Part shown: in pieces, positions 39,786 through 49,465 of the stretch
Numbering within the stretch: the first letter of the stretch is position 1
How the letters are laid out: each line of letters starts with the position of its first letter
Origin: an uncultured Spirochaetota bacterium
Lineage (GTDB): Bacteria; Spirochaetota; Spirochaetia; SZUA-6; CAVTHK01
DNA length: 64,000 nucleotides
NCBI GenBank assembly: GCA_963734495.1
Contig: CAVTHK010000007.1
Location: 64,001 to 128,000, forward strand
Direction of reading: 5' to 3'
Program-made: the position numbers and the translations under genes
The notes under the pieces: generated by a model
What the model was told of the DNA's origin: nothing
Database searches by the model: none
The model's input: only the letters and a program-made list of their open reading frames with translations

Positions 39786-39812
39786 ACACCAAAAAGAAGC
39801 GCATGGTACGTT
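39783..39812 (+). promoter_or_regulatory. Sigma70-type promoter for yebC-ruvCAB-queA
   Basis: TTGACA-N18-TACGTT with an extended TG. Confidence 0.55.
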
Positions 39813-39859
39813 TTTCGCCCTAAGCAGGCCGGTCGGATCGCCGGCCTCAAGGAGCCGAA

Positions 39860-40603
39860 ATGTCCGGCCATAGCAAGTGGGCCACAATCAAGCACAAGAA
39901 GGGCGCGCTCGACGCCAAGCGCGGTCAGGTCTTCACCAAGCTGATCAAGGAGATCAGCGTCGCCGCGAGGATAGGCGGCGGCGACGCGGACTCGAACCCG
40001 AGGCTGCGCAACGCACTGCTCAAGGCGCGCGCGGCCAACATGCCCAAGGACAACATCGACCGCGCCGTCAAGAAGGGCACCGGCGAGCTCGAGGGCGTCA
40101 CATACTCGGAGATCACCTACGAGGCCTACGGCCCCGGGGGCGTGGCCCTGCTGATCGAGGTCCTCACCGACAACAAGAACCGCACCGCCGCGGAGGTCCG
40201 CAACATGCTCTCCAAGGGGGGCGGCAACCTCGGCACGGCCGGGAGCGTCGCCCGCATGTTCAAGCGCAGAGGCATCATCGGCTTCGACTCCGGAAAGTAC
40301 AACGAAGATCAGGTGATGGCGGTCGTGCTCGACGCGGGCGCCGAGGACGTGACCACCGATGGCGAAACAATCGAAGTAACGACGGCCCCGGAGGCCTTCG
40401 AGTCCGTGCTCAAGGCGGTCGAAGCGGCCAAGCTCGAGCGCACCATGGCGGAAATCTCGATGCTGCCGGAAACCAGCCTCACCCTCACCCACGACGAGAC
40501 CCGCAAGGCCCTGCGCCTCATCGAGACCATCGAGGATCACGACGACGTGCAGGCCGTCGCTTCGAACCTCGACATCCCCAAGGGCTTTGCGCTGGATGAA
40601 TGA
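39860..40603 (+). CDS. yebC: YebC/PmpR family protein
   Basis: MSGHSKWATIKHKK, YEAYGPGG, TDNKNRT. Confidence 0.97.
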   Translation: MSGHSKWATIKHKKGALDAKRGQVFTKLIKEISVAARIGGGDADSNPRLRNALLKARAANMPKDNIDRAVKKGTGELEGVTYSEITYEAYGPGGVALLIEVLTDNKNRTAAEVRNMLSKGGGNLGTAGSVARMFKRRGIIGFDSGKYNEDQVMAVVLDAGAEDVTTDGETIEVTTAPEAFESVLKAVEAAKLERTMAEISMLPETSLTLTHDETRKALRLIETIEDHDDVQAVASNLDIPKGFALDE

Positions 40604-41133
40604 TTAGGATCCTGGGCATCGATCCGGGACTCGCGTCGACGGGCTACGGCATCATCGATGCCGACGGAAACCGATTCGCGCACGTGGCCGACGGGGTGAT
40701 CGAGACCGAGGCGGGCTCGCCCGTGGGCGAGAGGCTGCTGCGCCTCGAGAACGCCCTCGCAGCCGTCCTGACCGAGTTCCGGCCGCGCGAGGCCGGGATC
40801 GAGCGACTCTACTTCGGGCGCAACGCGACCACCGCCATGCCGGTGGCCCAGGCGCGGGGCGTCGTGCTCTGCGCCCTCGCCCGCGCGCGCATCCCGTGCC
40901 ACGAGTACCCGCCGGCGACCGTCAAACAGGCGGTGGTCGGGAGGGGCCGGGCCGAAAAGGGGCAGGTCCAGGAAATGATCCGCCTCATCTTCCGGCTGCG
41001 CGAAGCGCCGGCGAGCACCCACGCCGCGGACGCGCTTGCGGTGGCTTTCTGCCACAGCACGCATTCGCGCCTCGGACGGCTGGTCGCGAAAGAGGACGGG
41101 CGAGCGGAGCATGTTCAACAGCCTGCGCGGTGA
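40600..41133 (+). CDS. ruvC: Holliday junction resolvase
   Basis: ILGIDPG, QARGV, KQAVVGRGRAEK, ADALAVA. Confidence 0.96.
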   Translation: MIRILGIDPGLASTGYGIIDADGNRFAHVADGVIETEAGSPVGERLLRLENALAAVLTEFRPREAGIERLYFGRNATTAMPVAQARGVVLCALARARIPCHEYPPATVKQAVVGRGRAEKGQVQEMIRLIFRLREAPASTHAADALAVAFCHSTHSRLGRLVAKEDGRAEHVQQPAR

Positions 41134-41704
41134 GATCACGCAGAGGGACGGCGAGCGGGTGATGCTCGCTTCCGGCGACCTCGAGTGGGAGATCTGGACC
41201 ACGGCGCGCTCCCTCGCGGCGCTTCCGCCGCCCGGCAGCGAGGCCAGGCTCTACACCCATGTCTACCATCGCGAGGATGCGCTGCGCCTCTACGGCTTCG
41301 CGACTGCCGGTGAGCGGGACCTCTTTCTGGAGCTCATGCGCGTAGAAGGCGTCGGACCGCGGGTCGCGATCCGCATCCTCTCGGGCGTGGACGCGGCGCG
41401 CTTTGTCGAGGCGGTCGACCGGGGCGACCTGGCGACGCTGGTCGCGATCCCGGGCGTCGGCGAGAAGATGGCCCAGAAGATCCTCCTGCGGCTCAAGGGC
41501 AAGCTTGCCCCCCTGGATTCCGCGGGCCTGCACAACGACATCGTGGTAGCTCTCACCGGCATGGGCTTCGACCGCAGGGAAGCCCGCGAGGCCGTCGCCG
41601 AGGCGCTCCGCGAGTCGGGGGCCGCGGCCGGCGGAGGCGAAGACCTCGAGCGCAAGATCCTCACCCGCGCCATCAAGCTGCTCGGCAAGAAGAAGGAGCG
41701 ATGA
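41111..41704 (+). CDS. ruvA: Holliday junction branch migration protein RuvA
   Basis: [10 protein letters not shown]; HhH motifs VEGVGPR and IPGVGEK. Confidence 0.96.
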   Translation: MFNSLRGEITQRDGERVMLASGDLEWEIWTTARSLAALPPPGSEARLYTHVYHREDALRLYGFATAGERDLFLELMRVEGVGPRVAIRILSGVDAARFVEAVDRGDLATLVAIPGVGEKMAQKILLRLKGKLAPLDSAGLHNDIVVALTGMGFDRREAREAVAEALRESGAAAGGGEDLERKILTRAIKLLGKKKER

Positions 41705-42723
41705 AGGACAAGCGGCTCTCCGCGGGACAGTACCTCGATGCCCAGGACCAGGACGAGCACGCTCTGCGGCCGAAGCGGCTGCAGGATTTCGTCGGGCAGC
41801 GGCAGCTCAAGGACAATCTCGGGGTGTTCATCGAGGCCGCGCGCAGGCGCCGCGAGAGCCTGGACCACGTGTTCCTGTCCGGGCCGCCCGGGCTGGGCAA
41901 GACCACGCTCGCCGGAATCATCGCCAACGAGCTGGGCGCGGCGTTCCGCTCCACTGCGGCGCCCGCCCTCGAAAAGCCCGGCGACCTGAACGCTCTGCTC
42001 ACGTCGCTCGAGGAGCACGACGTCTTCTTCATAGACGAGATCCACCGGCTCAGGCCCCCGGTCGAGGAGATCCTGTACTCGGCGATGGAGGACTTCGAGA
42101 TCGACGTGATCATCGGCCAGGGTCCGGGCGCGCGGTCCATCAAGATCCCGCTTCCGCCGTTCACCCTGGTCGGCGCCACCACCAAGACGGGGCTGGTTTC
42201 CGGCCCGCTGCACTCGCGTTTCGGCATCACGTGGCGGCTGGACTTCTACGAGCCCGAGGACCTCGCCACCATAGTCCGACGCTCCGCCGGGATCCTCAAG
42301 GTGACCCTCGAAGACGAGGCGATCGACCTGATCGCCCGCTGCTCCCGCGGGACGCCTCGGATCGCGAACCGGCTGCTGCGGCGCATGAGGGACTTTTCGG
42401 AGGTCTGGGGCAAGGGGACGATCACCGGGGAGATCGTCGCCAAAGGGCTCAAGTCGCTGGAGATCGACGACGCCGGGCTCGACAAGCTCGACCGCACGAT
42501 CCTGCAGACCATTATTGAGCGCTACAAAGGCGGGCCGGTCGGGTCCGAGACGCTCGCGATCTCGATCGGCGAGTCGGCGGACACCCTCGAGGACGTGTAC
42601 GAGCCCTATCTCATCCAGGCGGGATTCCTCAAGCGCACGACGCGCGGACGGATGGTCACCGAAGGCGCGTTCCGCCACCTCAACCTCGCGGTTCCCCATG
42701 AGGACCAGCGATTTCTCTTTTGA
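41701..42723 (+). CDS. ruvB: Holliday junction helicase RuvB
   Basis: [33 protein letters not shown]. Confidence 0.98.
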   Translation: MKDKRLSAGQYLDAQDQDEHALRPKRLQDFVGQRQLKDNLGVFIEAARRRRESLDHVFLSGPPGLGKTTLAGIIANELGAAFRSTAAPALEKPGDLNALLTSLEEHDVFFIDEIHRLRPPVEEILYSAMEDFEIDVIIGQGPGARSIKIPLPPFTLVGATTKTGLVSGPLHSRFGITWRLDFYEPEDLATIVRRSAGILKVTLEDEAIDLIARCSRGTPRIANRLLRRMRDFSEVWGKGTITGEIVAKGLKSLEIDDAGLDKLDRTILQTIIERYKGGPVGSETLAISIGESADTLEDVYEPYLIQAGFLKRTTRGRMVTEGAFRHLNLAVPHEDQRFLF

Positions 42724-43720
42724 CGTCCCCGAGGAGCTGATCGCTCAGAGGCCCCCGGAACGCCGCGGAAGCTCGCGCCTCATGGTCGTCCGCCGCGCCT
42801 CGGGGGTTTTCGAGGACGCCTCCGTGGGCGATCTGCCCGCGCTGCTGCCTCCGCGCTCCGTGGTCGTGCTCAATGACACGCGCGTCATCAAGGCGAGGCT
42901 CCTCGCGCGCTCCGAGGCAGGCGGCGCGCGGGTCGAGGTCCTGCTCCTGCGCCCCGCCGGGGAGCCGCGGGCCTGGGAGGCGCTCGTGTCGAACGCGCGA
43001 CGCCGGCGCATCGGACAGCGGCTCATCTTTCCAGAGGACCGGGTGGGCACGATCGTCGCCACCGGCGCCGAGACCCGCACCATCGCGTTCGACGCTCCCG
43101 TCGACCCGGACTACCTCGAGCGGAACGGGCACGTGCCCCTGCCGCCCTACATCCGCAGGGCCGACGACGCCTCCGACGGCGAGCGCTACCAGACCGTGTT
43201 CGCGCGCGCGCCCGGCTCGGTCGCCGCGCCGACCGCGGGACTCCACCTGACGGAGGAGATGCTCGCCGCCCTGCGCGCCCGCGGCCTGCGGATCGTCCCG
43301 CTCACGCTGCACGTCGGCCTCGGCACGTTCGCGCCCATCCGCACGGACAGCATCGAGGAGCACCGCATGCACGAGGAGAGCTTCGGCGTCTCGGAGGAGA
43401 GCGCGCGGGCGGTGAACGCGGCGCTGGACAGCGGCCGCACGGTGCTCGCGGTGGGCACGACGGTGGTGCGCGCGCTCGAGAGCGCGGCTGCCGAGGGGCG
43501 CGCGCGCGGCGGATGGGGCAGCACGGGGCTCTTTATCACTCCGGGCTACCGTTTCCGCGCCGTCGGCGCCCTGCTCACAAATTTCCACACGCCGCGCTCC
43601 AGCCTGTTCGTGCTCGTGAGCGCGTTCGCCGGCCTCGATCTGATGCGCGCCGCGTACGAGCGCGCGGTCAAGGAGCGCTACCGGTTCTTCTCGTACGGGG
43701 ACGCGATGCTGATTCTGTAG
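42698..43720 (+). CDS. queA: S-adenosylmethionine:tRNA ribosyltransferase-isomerase
   Basis: [37 protein letters not shown]. Confidence 0.97.
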   Translation: MRTSDFSFDVPEELIAQRPPERRGSSRLMVVRRASGVFEDASVGDLPALLPPRSVVVLNDTRVIKARLLARSEAGGARVEVLLLRPAGEPRAWEALVSNARRRRIGQRLIFPEDRVGTIVATGAETRTIAFDAPVDPDYLERNGHVPLPPYIRRADDASDGERYQTVFARAPGSVAAPTAGLHLTEEMLAALRARGLRIVPLTLHVGLGTFAPIRTDSIEEHRMHEESFGVSEESARAVNAALDSGRTVLAVGTTVVRALESAAAEGRARGGWGSTGLFITPGYRFRAVGALLTNFHTPRSSLFVLVSAFAGLDLMRAAYERAVKERYRFFSYGDAMLIL

Positions 43721-43741
43721 GGTCGGCGGCCGGGGAGCGAG

Positions 43742-44344
43742 TCAGTAAGTGCCGGGCCCCATCGCGCGGAACCCGGCCCGCACGCGGTCCACCCGCGCCA
43801 GCTGCTCCGCGATGATCCTCGTATAGTCGAGATCGCCCGTGCGGATGCGGGAAGCTTCATCTTCCCATTCCTGGATGTCTTCCAGGGCGATCCCGTAGGC
43901 CCGGACCTTGCGGGCCCACGACAGCGCCTCCTGCCAGTAGTAGAGCCCCTTGCGGTACAGCCCCTCGGCCGTGTCGAGGCTCGCGAGGTTCTGTTCCTTC
44001 CACGGGGCGTTGTAGAAGTAGGCTGCGCGCTTGTCGTAGAGGCTCGCGAGCTTCAAGTGCAGCTCGACGAGCTTGAGGTTGACGTGCATCTTGAACAGCG
44101 ACCGGTACTGCTCCCACTCGCGCTTGTTGTCGATGCGCGCGAGCGCGTACAGCGGGTTGGCGAAATCGGCGGCCAGCGCCTGCTCGAGCCACACGATGTT
44201 CTCCATGATGTCGTCGGTGCTCATCGTGAGCTGCTCGTGGAAGAGCTTGTAGAACTGCTCGGCGTACGTGATACGGTAGGCGTGCCCGGGCACCGCGAGC
44301 GCGACGGCTGAGAGCAGGGCGAGGAGGGCCCGCCGGGGCTTCAT
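43742..44344 (-). CDS. Exported hypothetical protein
   Basis: Signal peptide, then YAEQFYKLFH...FANPLYAL...YFYNAPWK; start overlaps the tmk stop. Confidence 0.8.
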   Translation of the reverse strand: MKPRRALLALLSAVALAVPGHAYRITYAEQFYKLFHEQLTMSTDDIMENIVWLEQALAADFANPLYALARIDNKREWEQYRSLFKMHVNLKLVELHLKLASLYDKRAAYFYNAPWKEQNLASLDTAEGLYRKGLYYWQEALSWARKVRAYGIALEDIQEWEDEASRIRTGDLDYTRIIAEQLARVDRVRAGFRAMGPGTY

Positions 44345-44973
44345 GCCTTGATTATCGGCAGGCGCACGATTACGTCCCACACGAGCTCGGCGATCCGTTC
44401 GGGGGCGAGCGTGCCGTCGACCCGGTGCACGCGGACCCCCGCAGGCGCGCAGGTCCGCAGCGCCCGCTCGTAGCCCTCGGCAACCCGGCGCTGCAGGGGG
44501 AGCGCGTCGAAGAGGTCGCGGCGGCCCCTCCCCGCGAGCCTCTGCTGGCTCACCTCCACGGGAGTGTCCACGTAAATCACGTCGGCGGGAAGCGGGAACC
44601 CCCGGTGCAGGTCGAGAACACCTTCGAAGCTCCACTCCACGCCCTGGTAGGCGAGCGACGAAAAAAGGTAGCGGTCGCTCACGACGATCTCGCCGCGCGA
44701 GACGCGTTCGCGGATCCCCGTCCCCGCAGCGCGCACGTGCTCCCACCGATCCGCCGCGAACAGGAGCGCGAGCGTGCGCGGCTCGAGCCGCAGATCACCT
44801 CGCAGCGCCGCGCGGATCACCGTCCCGACGGGGCCGTCGGTGGGCTCCCAGGTGCAGTGCGCGGCGACGCCCGCGGCCGCGAAACGCTGCCGCAGCAGGC
44901 CGAGCTGAGTCGTGGTGCCCGCCCCGTCGAGGCCCTCGAGCACGACGAACTTTTCGAGAATCTCGTCTCCCAT
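44341..44973 (-). CDS. tmk: Thymidylate kinase
   Basis: EGLDGAGTTTQ, EPT, LFAADR, DRYLFSSLAYQ. Confidence 0.93.
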   Translation of the reverse strand: MGDEILEKFVVLEGLDGAGTTTQLGLLRQRFAAAGVAAHCTWEPTDGPVGTVIRAALRGDLRLEPRTLALLFAADRWEHVRAAGTGIRERVSRGEIVVSDRYLFSSLAYQGVEWSFEGVLDLHRGFPLPADVIYVDTPVEVSQQRLAGRGRRDLFDALPLQRRVAEGYERALRTCAPAGVRVHRVDGTLAPERIAELVWDVIVRLPIIKA

Positions 44974-45095
44974 CGGCAGCTCCGGTATCCGCACGCGCGG
45001 TGGAGCGCTATCATACCAGAACGCCGCCATACGACAAGAGGCGGCGGCCTTTCGTGCGGCGGCCTGGCCTGGCAGCGACTGGCGGCGACGGATCG

Positions 45096-45124
45096 TTGAT
45101 AAAGGCGCGCGAAGCGGGTATACT
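45096..45124 (+). promoter_or_regulatory. Sigma70 promoter for tamB-bamA-skp-mutS
   Basis: TTGATA-N17-TATACT. Confidence 0.7.
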
Positions 45125-45159
45125 CACCTGTACGCGAACGTGATCCGCGGAGCCGCTTC

Positions 45160-48100
45160 TTGGAGGGATTTTTCAGCCTCTTGCGTAAACATCGCGTCGA
45201 GCTGATCGCGCTCGGCGCATTGATTTTGTTCGCGGCCGTCGCGACCCCTGTCCTCCAGACCGTCCTCGAATCGACGACATCCGGGCTCAAGGTGGAAGCC
45301 GTCGCCGCGGTCGAAAAGGCCCTCGACAGCGACATACAGTACCGGAGCATCTCGCCGTCGGTGTTCCTCTATCTGGAGATCCGCGACCTCCGCGTCACGC
45401 CTCACGCGGGCGCGGCGTTCCCGGCGGCGAGCGTGAGCCGCGTGCGGGTCTACTACAGCCTCCTCCGGCTCCTGGCGGGAAGCGGCCCCGCGGCCGCGGT
45501 CACCCGCATCGATATCCGGGACACGTCGTTCGACCTGGGCAGCCTCGACCTTTCCGAAACGCCGGGCGGCACCGCGAGCGCGGGCTTCCGGCTCGCGGCG
45601 CTGCCGGCGGCCCTCGAGGTCACGGGAACGAATCTCTCCGTCAGCTTCGTCGTGGACGAGGCGCGGGTCAGCGTTCAGCGGCTCTTCTTCAGGGCCCGCC
45701 GCAGCGCGGACCAGGTCGGGCTCCAGGTGACCCGAGCATCGGTCGCCGTCGAGCGCCCCGGTCTCGCCGTGCGCGCGCAGGTCCGCCTGACGGGAAGGAC
45801 ACGCACGGATCTCGAGGACGTCGACGCCGTGCTTCGCGTCGACGGTTTCCGCTCGCAGGTCCTGGCGCTGAGCCGCCAGTCCTTCCAGATTCAGCGCGAA
45901 GGGGGGACGCTGCTGGTGCGCCGAATGGGCGACAAGGCGCCGCTCGATCTGCAGCTCTCGTCCGACGGCGCGCGCGCGAGCCTGGCGGTGCGGACGGACC
46001 GCTACAACCCGCGAAGCTTCGTCACATTCCTGGGTCCGCTCGCCTTTCTCAACGAGTACTCGCGCGCCTCCGTGACGACGACCGCGCGCGTCGACTACCT
46101 GATCGACCAGGGCGCCGTTCGGTACTCGGCAGATTTCGAGGCCAAGGTGGGCGGCCGGCTGCTTCCGCCCGGAACGGTGGTCCAGGCGAAGCTCCAGGGC
46201 GATCAGCGGCTCATGCGGCTGGACCCGTTCGCAATCACCTCTCCGCAAGGCGACCTGCATTTCGAGGGCGACCTTCAGCTCGCGGACCTCCTGCCCGAAG
46301 GGCTGCTGCGGCTCAGCGGCCTCACCCCCTTCGCGGACAAGCGGGTCGACGCGGACGTCGATCTCACGCGCGGCGACCGCAGCGTGGTCCTGACGGGCAG
46401 ACGCTTCGAGGTCGATGGGACTCCGTTCAACGGCCTGCGGCTCGACCTGACGCCGCGCCCGGGCTCGCTGCGGTTCGAGCTGCAGACCGCCGCGGCGCGG
46501 GGCGACCGCGGCGCGCCGGCCCTGAGCGCGTCCGGGATCCTGCGCATGCGGCCGGCGCCGTCGCTCGAGGCTTCAGCCCAGGTGCGCGCCGTGCCGCTGT
46601 CGGTCATCGCCGGCATCGCCCCCCTGCCTGCGGGGCGGTTCTCGCGCATGTACCCCGCCCTGGCTGAGCTGCTCGTGGACGCCGGGGTCTCCGTTCGCAC
46701 AGACTTCCGCTCGGCGCGCGTGGAGGCTACGCGGATCGCGCTCTCCGACTCCGTGGACCCGAGAAACACGGCGTCCCTGTCGCTCGTATACGACGGCGAC
46801 CGATTGACCGTGAGCGACGCGCGCGTCGCGTGGGGCGGGCACACGGCCTCCGGCTCCCTCGCGATGAAGTACGGACCTGCCTCCACGGCGTTCGACAGCT
46901 CCCTGGTGATCGATGGCCTTCCCTACGGGGTCGAGGGCACGTGGGATCCCTCCCTCGGCCTGATCGCAACGGGCTCCTACGGGCTGCGGATCGGCGTGCA
47001 CCCGCTCGACGGCACGTACCTCGTCAGTGTCGCTGCCAAGGGACTGCCGCTGCCGATGGTCTCCGGACCCGCGGCCCGCCTCGACGTCGACATGGAAGGT
47101 TCGTGGCAGGCCCCCGGCCACTGGGAAGCGCGCGTGCCCCGGCTTGTTCTCGACGGGCTGCCGTACGGGGCCGGCGGGGCGAGCCGTTTCGAGGCCAGCT
47201 TCACGGCGGGCCCCCGCCTCGTCACGATCAACCGCGTTGCCTTCCGCGACCGCCTCGGCGAGGTCACCAATTCCCGCCCCGCCGCATTCGCTCTTCAGGA
47301 CTCGCTGAAGGGGTCGGTGGAGCTCGCCTCCGCGACCAGCAGTGAGCGGTACACCCTCACTCTCTCCCTGGGGCAGAAGTCCTTCGCTGCCGACCTCCGC
47401 ATGCAGGACTTCCCTCTCGCGCGCGTCGCTGCGGGGGCCCTCGAAGGCGGCGCCAACGGCCGGATCACGGCCTCCGGTCCCTACGCCAACCCCACGGTCA
47501 ACGCGTCCCTGCGGCTCGCGGACGGCCGCCTGGGGGGCCATCCGCTGACCCTCTCTCTGGAGGCCGGCTACAGCGAAGGCCGCGTCGTGGTGACCAGCCT
47601 GGAGGCCGCGATCCCCTCCTGCCGGATCGGCGCGACATCCGCGTCCTACGAGACCGCTACCGGCCGCATCGTTGTGGAGACGAGCCTGTCCATCCAGACC
47701 ACGGAGCCGGCCGCCGCGACCGCTCCCGTGGCATCGCGCATCCGGGTTTCGGGGCGCATCCACTCCGGGCCGGGCCTGTCGCTGTGGCGCTCGCTGTTCC
47801 GCGGCGAGCTCGAGGGGCAGGTAGCGGTCACCCAGCCGAAGGCCGACATCGACGCGCCGCTTTCGTGGACCATGGCGTTCTCCATGGCCGGCGGAGCCCT
47901 CCGCTTCGACGGCGGCCCCGCGGATTCGGTGCACGGCAGCGTCACGGAGAACGGCGAGTACGACGTGAGTCTCGCTCAGCCGCTGCCGATCCGCGGGCAC
48001 GTGGTCGGCGTCTTCATGACCGACGAACCCGAGACCCGGATCCAGGGCCTCGAGATCGACATGACGTGGCTCTCTTCCCTCCTCAAGGACTTCACCTTTG

Positions 48101-49449
48101 CGCGGGGAACGGCGCGCGGCGTCGGGGACGTGCTGCTCCTCGGACCGCTGTCGGACCCCCGCTGGCAGGGCCGTCTGGACGTGCAGGGCGTGCAGATGGG
48201 CTTCTACATGAGTCCAGCGCTCACCTCCCCGTTCGCGGCGACCATCACGCTTCGCGACCGCGATCTGGTCCTCGAGCCCACGCACGCGACCGTCGGCCCC
48301 GGCGAGGTCGCGGCCAGCGGCGTGATCGGGTTCTCGCGCTGGAACCCGACGAACTACGACCTGCAGTTCCAGGGCAGCGGAGGCGGCCTGCACACCGTTC
48401 ATGACTTCGGAACGGTGGCCGTCGACGGGTACGCCTCGGGCGTCATCCGGGTCCAGGGCAACGACCTCGCGATCAGGGTCACGGGCGACCTGAACGTCGA
48501 CTACTGCAAGCTCACCGTGGTCGCGACCCCGCCCCCCCAGAAGAACGACGGGGCGGACCGTACCTCGCTGTCCGTCGACATTCAGCTCACCGCCGGCCGC
48601 CGCGTCGAGTTCCTCTGGCCCTCGGTCAGCTTTCCGGTCCTCCGCGCCTCCGCGCGCTCGGGCTCCCGTCTGCGGATCCAGCACGCGGGCGACGCGCAGC
48701 AGACCCGCGTCACAGGGCGGGTCGCGCTGCGCGGGGGCGACGTCTTTTACATAAACCGCAGTTTCTACATCAAGGAGGGCGAGCTCGTCTTCAACGAGAC
48801 GGAGCAGCGATTCGACCCGCGCCTCACGCTGCGGGGCGAGATACGCGAGCAGGACCGGACCGGGCAGGACGTCCGCGTCTATCTCGTGGTGGACGACCGG
48901 CGGCTTTCGGAGTTCGCCCCGCGGTTCGAGAGCGATCCACCCAAGAGCGAAGTGGAGATCATCGCGCTCCTCGGCGGCCCGATCGAGGACCAGCTCGTGC
49001 AGAGCGGCCTCGCGGGCTCCGCCGTGCTGGTCTCCAGCGACATCATCAGCCACTTCGGGCTGCTGCGGCCGTTCGAGCAGGGGGTGCGCGACCTCCTGGG
49101 CCTGGACATGTTCTCGATCCGCACACAGATGGTCCAGAACGTGGTCGTCGACAGGGTGCTGGGCATCCAGCCGGCGGTCTCGGAACCGACGGTCGACCCC
49201 CTGGGCCGCTATCTGGACAACACGACCGTCACGTTCGGCAAATACATCGGAAAGGACCTCTTCCTCGAGATGGACCTCCGCGTGACGGAGAAGCAGACGG
49301 CGGGCGTAGACACTGAGGTCCTCTTCAGCCTAGACTGGCCGACGCCGCTCTTCGACCTGCAGTGGGAAATCAGCCCGGGAGGCGGCGACGTCGAGAGCTT
49401 CGTCCGGGACAAGACTCGACTCAGCATCACCTGGCGATACTCCTATTGA
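45160..49449 (+). CDS. tamB: TamB/AsmA-like (DUF490) protein
   Basis: 1429 aa, N-terminal TM, beta-rich; C-terminal GLDMFSIRT...YLDNTT..GKY; upstream of bamA. Confidence 0.8.
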   Translation: MEGFFSLLRKHRVELIALGALILFAAVATPVLQTVLESTTSGLKVEAVAAVEKALDSDIQYRSISPSVFLYLEIRDLRVTPHAGAAFPAASVSRVRVYYSLLRLLAGSGPAAAVTRIDIRDTSFDLGSLDLSETPGGTASAGFRLAALPAALEVTGTNLSVSFVVDEARVSVQRLFFRARRSADQVGLQVTRASVAVERPGLAVRAQVRLTGRTRTDLEDVDAVLRVDGFRSQVLALSRQSFQIQREGGTLLVRRMGDKAPLDLQLSSDGARASLAVRTDRYNPRSFVTFLGPLAFLNEYSRASVTTTARVDYLIDQGAVRYSADFEAKVGGRLLPPGTVVQAKLQGDQRLMRLDPFAITSPQGDLHFEGDLQLADLLPEGLLRLSGLTPFADKRVDADVDLTRGDRSVVLTGRRFEVDGTPFNGLRLDLTPRPGSLRFELQTAAARGDRGAPALSASGILRMRPAPSLEASAQVRAVPLSVIAGIAPLPAGRFSRMYPALAELLVDAGVSVRTDFRSARVEATRIALSDSVDPRNTASLSLVYDGDRLTVSDARVAWGGHTASGSLAMKYGPASTAFDSSLVIDGLPYGVEGTWDPSLGLIATGSYGLRIGVHPLDGTYLVSVAAKGLPLPMVSGPAARLDVDMEGSWQAPGHWEARVPRLVLDGLPYGAGGASRFEASFTAGPRLVTINRVAFRDRLGEVTNSRPAAFALQDSLKGSVELASATSSERYTLTLSLGQKSFAADLRMQDFPLARVAAGALEGGANGRITASGPYANPTVNASLRLADGRLGGHPLTLSLEAGYSEGRVVVTSLEAAIPSCRIGATSASYETATGRIVVETSLSIQTTEPAAATAPVASRIRVSGRIHSGPGLSLWRSLFRGELEGQVAVTQPKADIDAPLSWTMAFSMAGGALRFDGGPADSVHGSVTENGEYDVSLAQPLPIRGHVVGVFMTDEPETRIQGLEIDMTWLSSLLKDFTFARGTARGVGDVLLLGPLSDPRWQGRLDVQGVQMGFYMSPALTSPFAATITLRDRDLVLEPTHATVGPGEVAASGVIGFSRWNPTNYDLQFQGSGGGLHTVHDFGTVAVDGYASGVIRVQGNDLAIRVTGDLNVDYCKLTVVATPPPQKNDGADRTSLSVDIQLTAGRRVEFLWPSVSFPVLRASARSGSRLRIQHAGDAQQTRVTGRVALRGGDVFYINRSFYIKEGELVFNETEQRFDPRLTLRGEIREQDRTGQDVRVYLVVDDRRLSEFAPRFESDPPKSEVEIIALLGGPIEDQLVQSGLAGSAVLVSSDIISHFGLLRPFEQGVRDLLGLDMFSIRTQMVQNVVVDRVLGIQPAVSEPTVDPLGRYLDNTTVTFGKYIGKDLFLEMDLRVTEKQTAGVDTEVLFSLDWPTPLFDLQWEISPGGGDVESFVRDKTRLSITWRYSY

Positions 49450-49465
49450 ACAGCAAGGAGATCCT

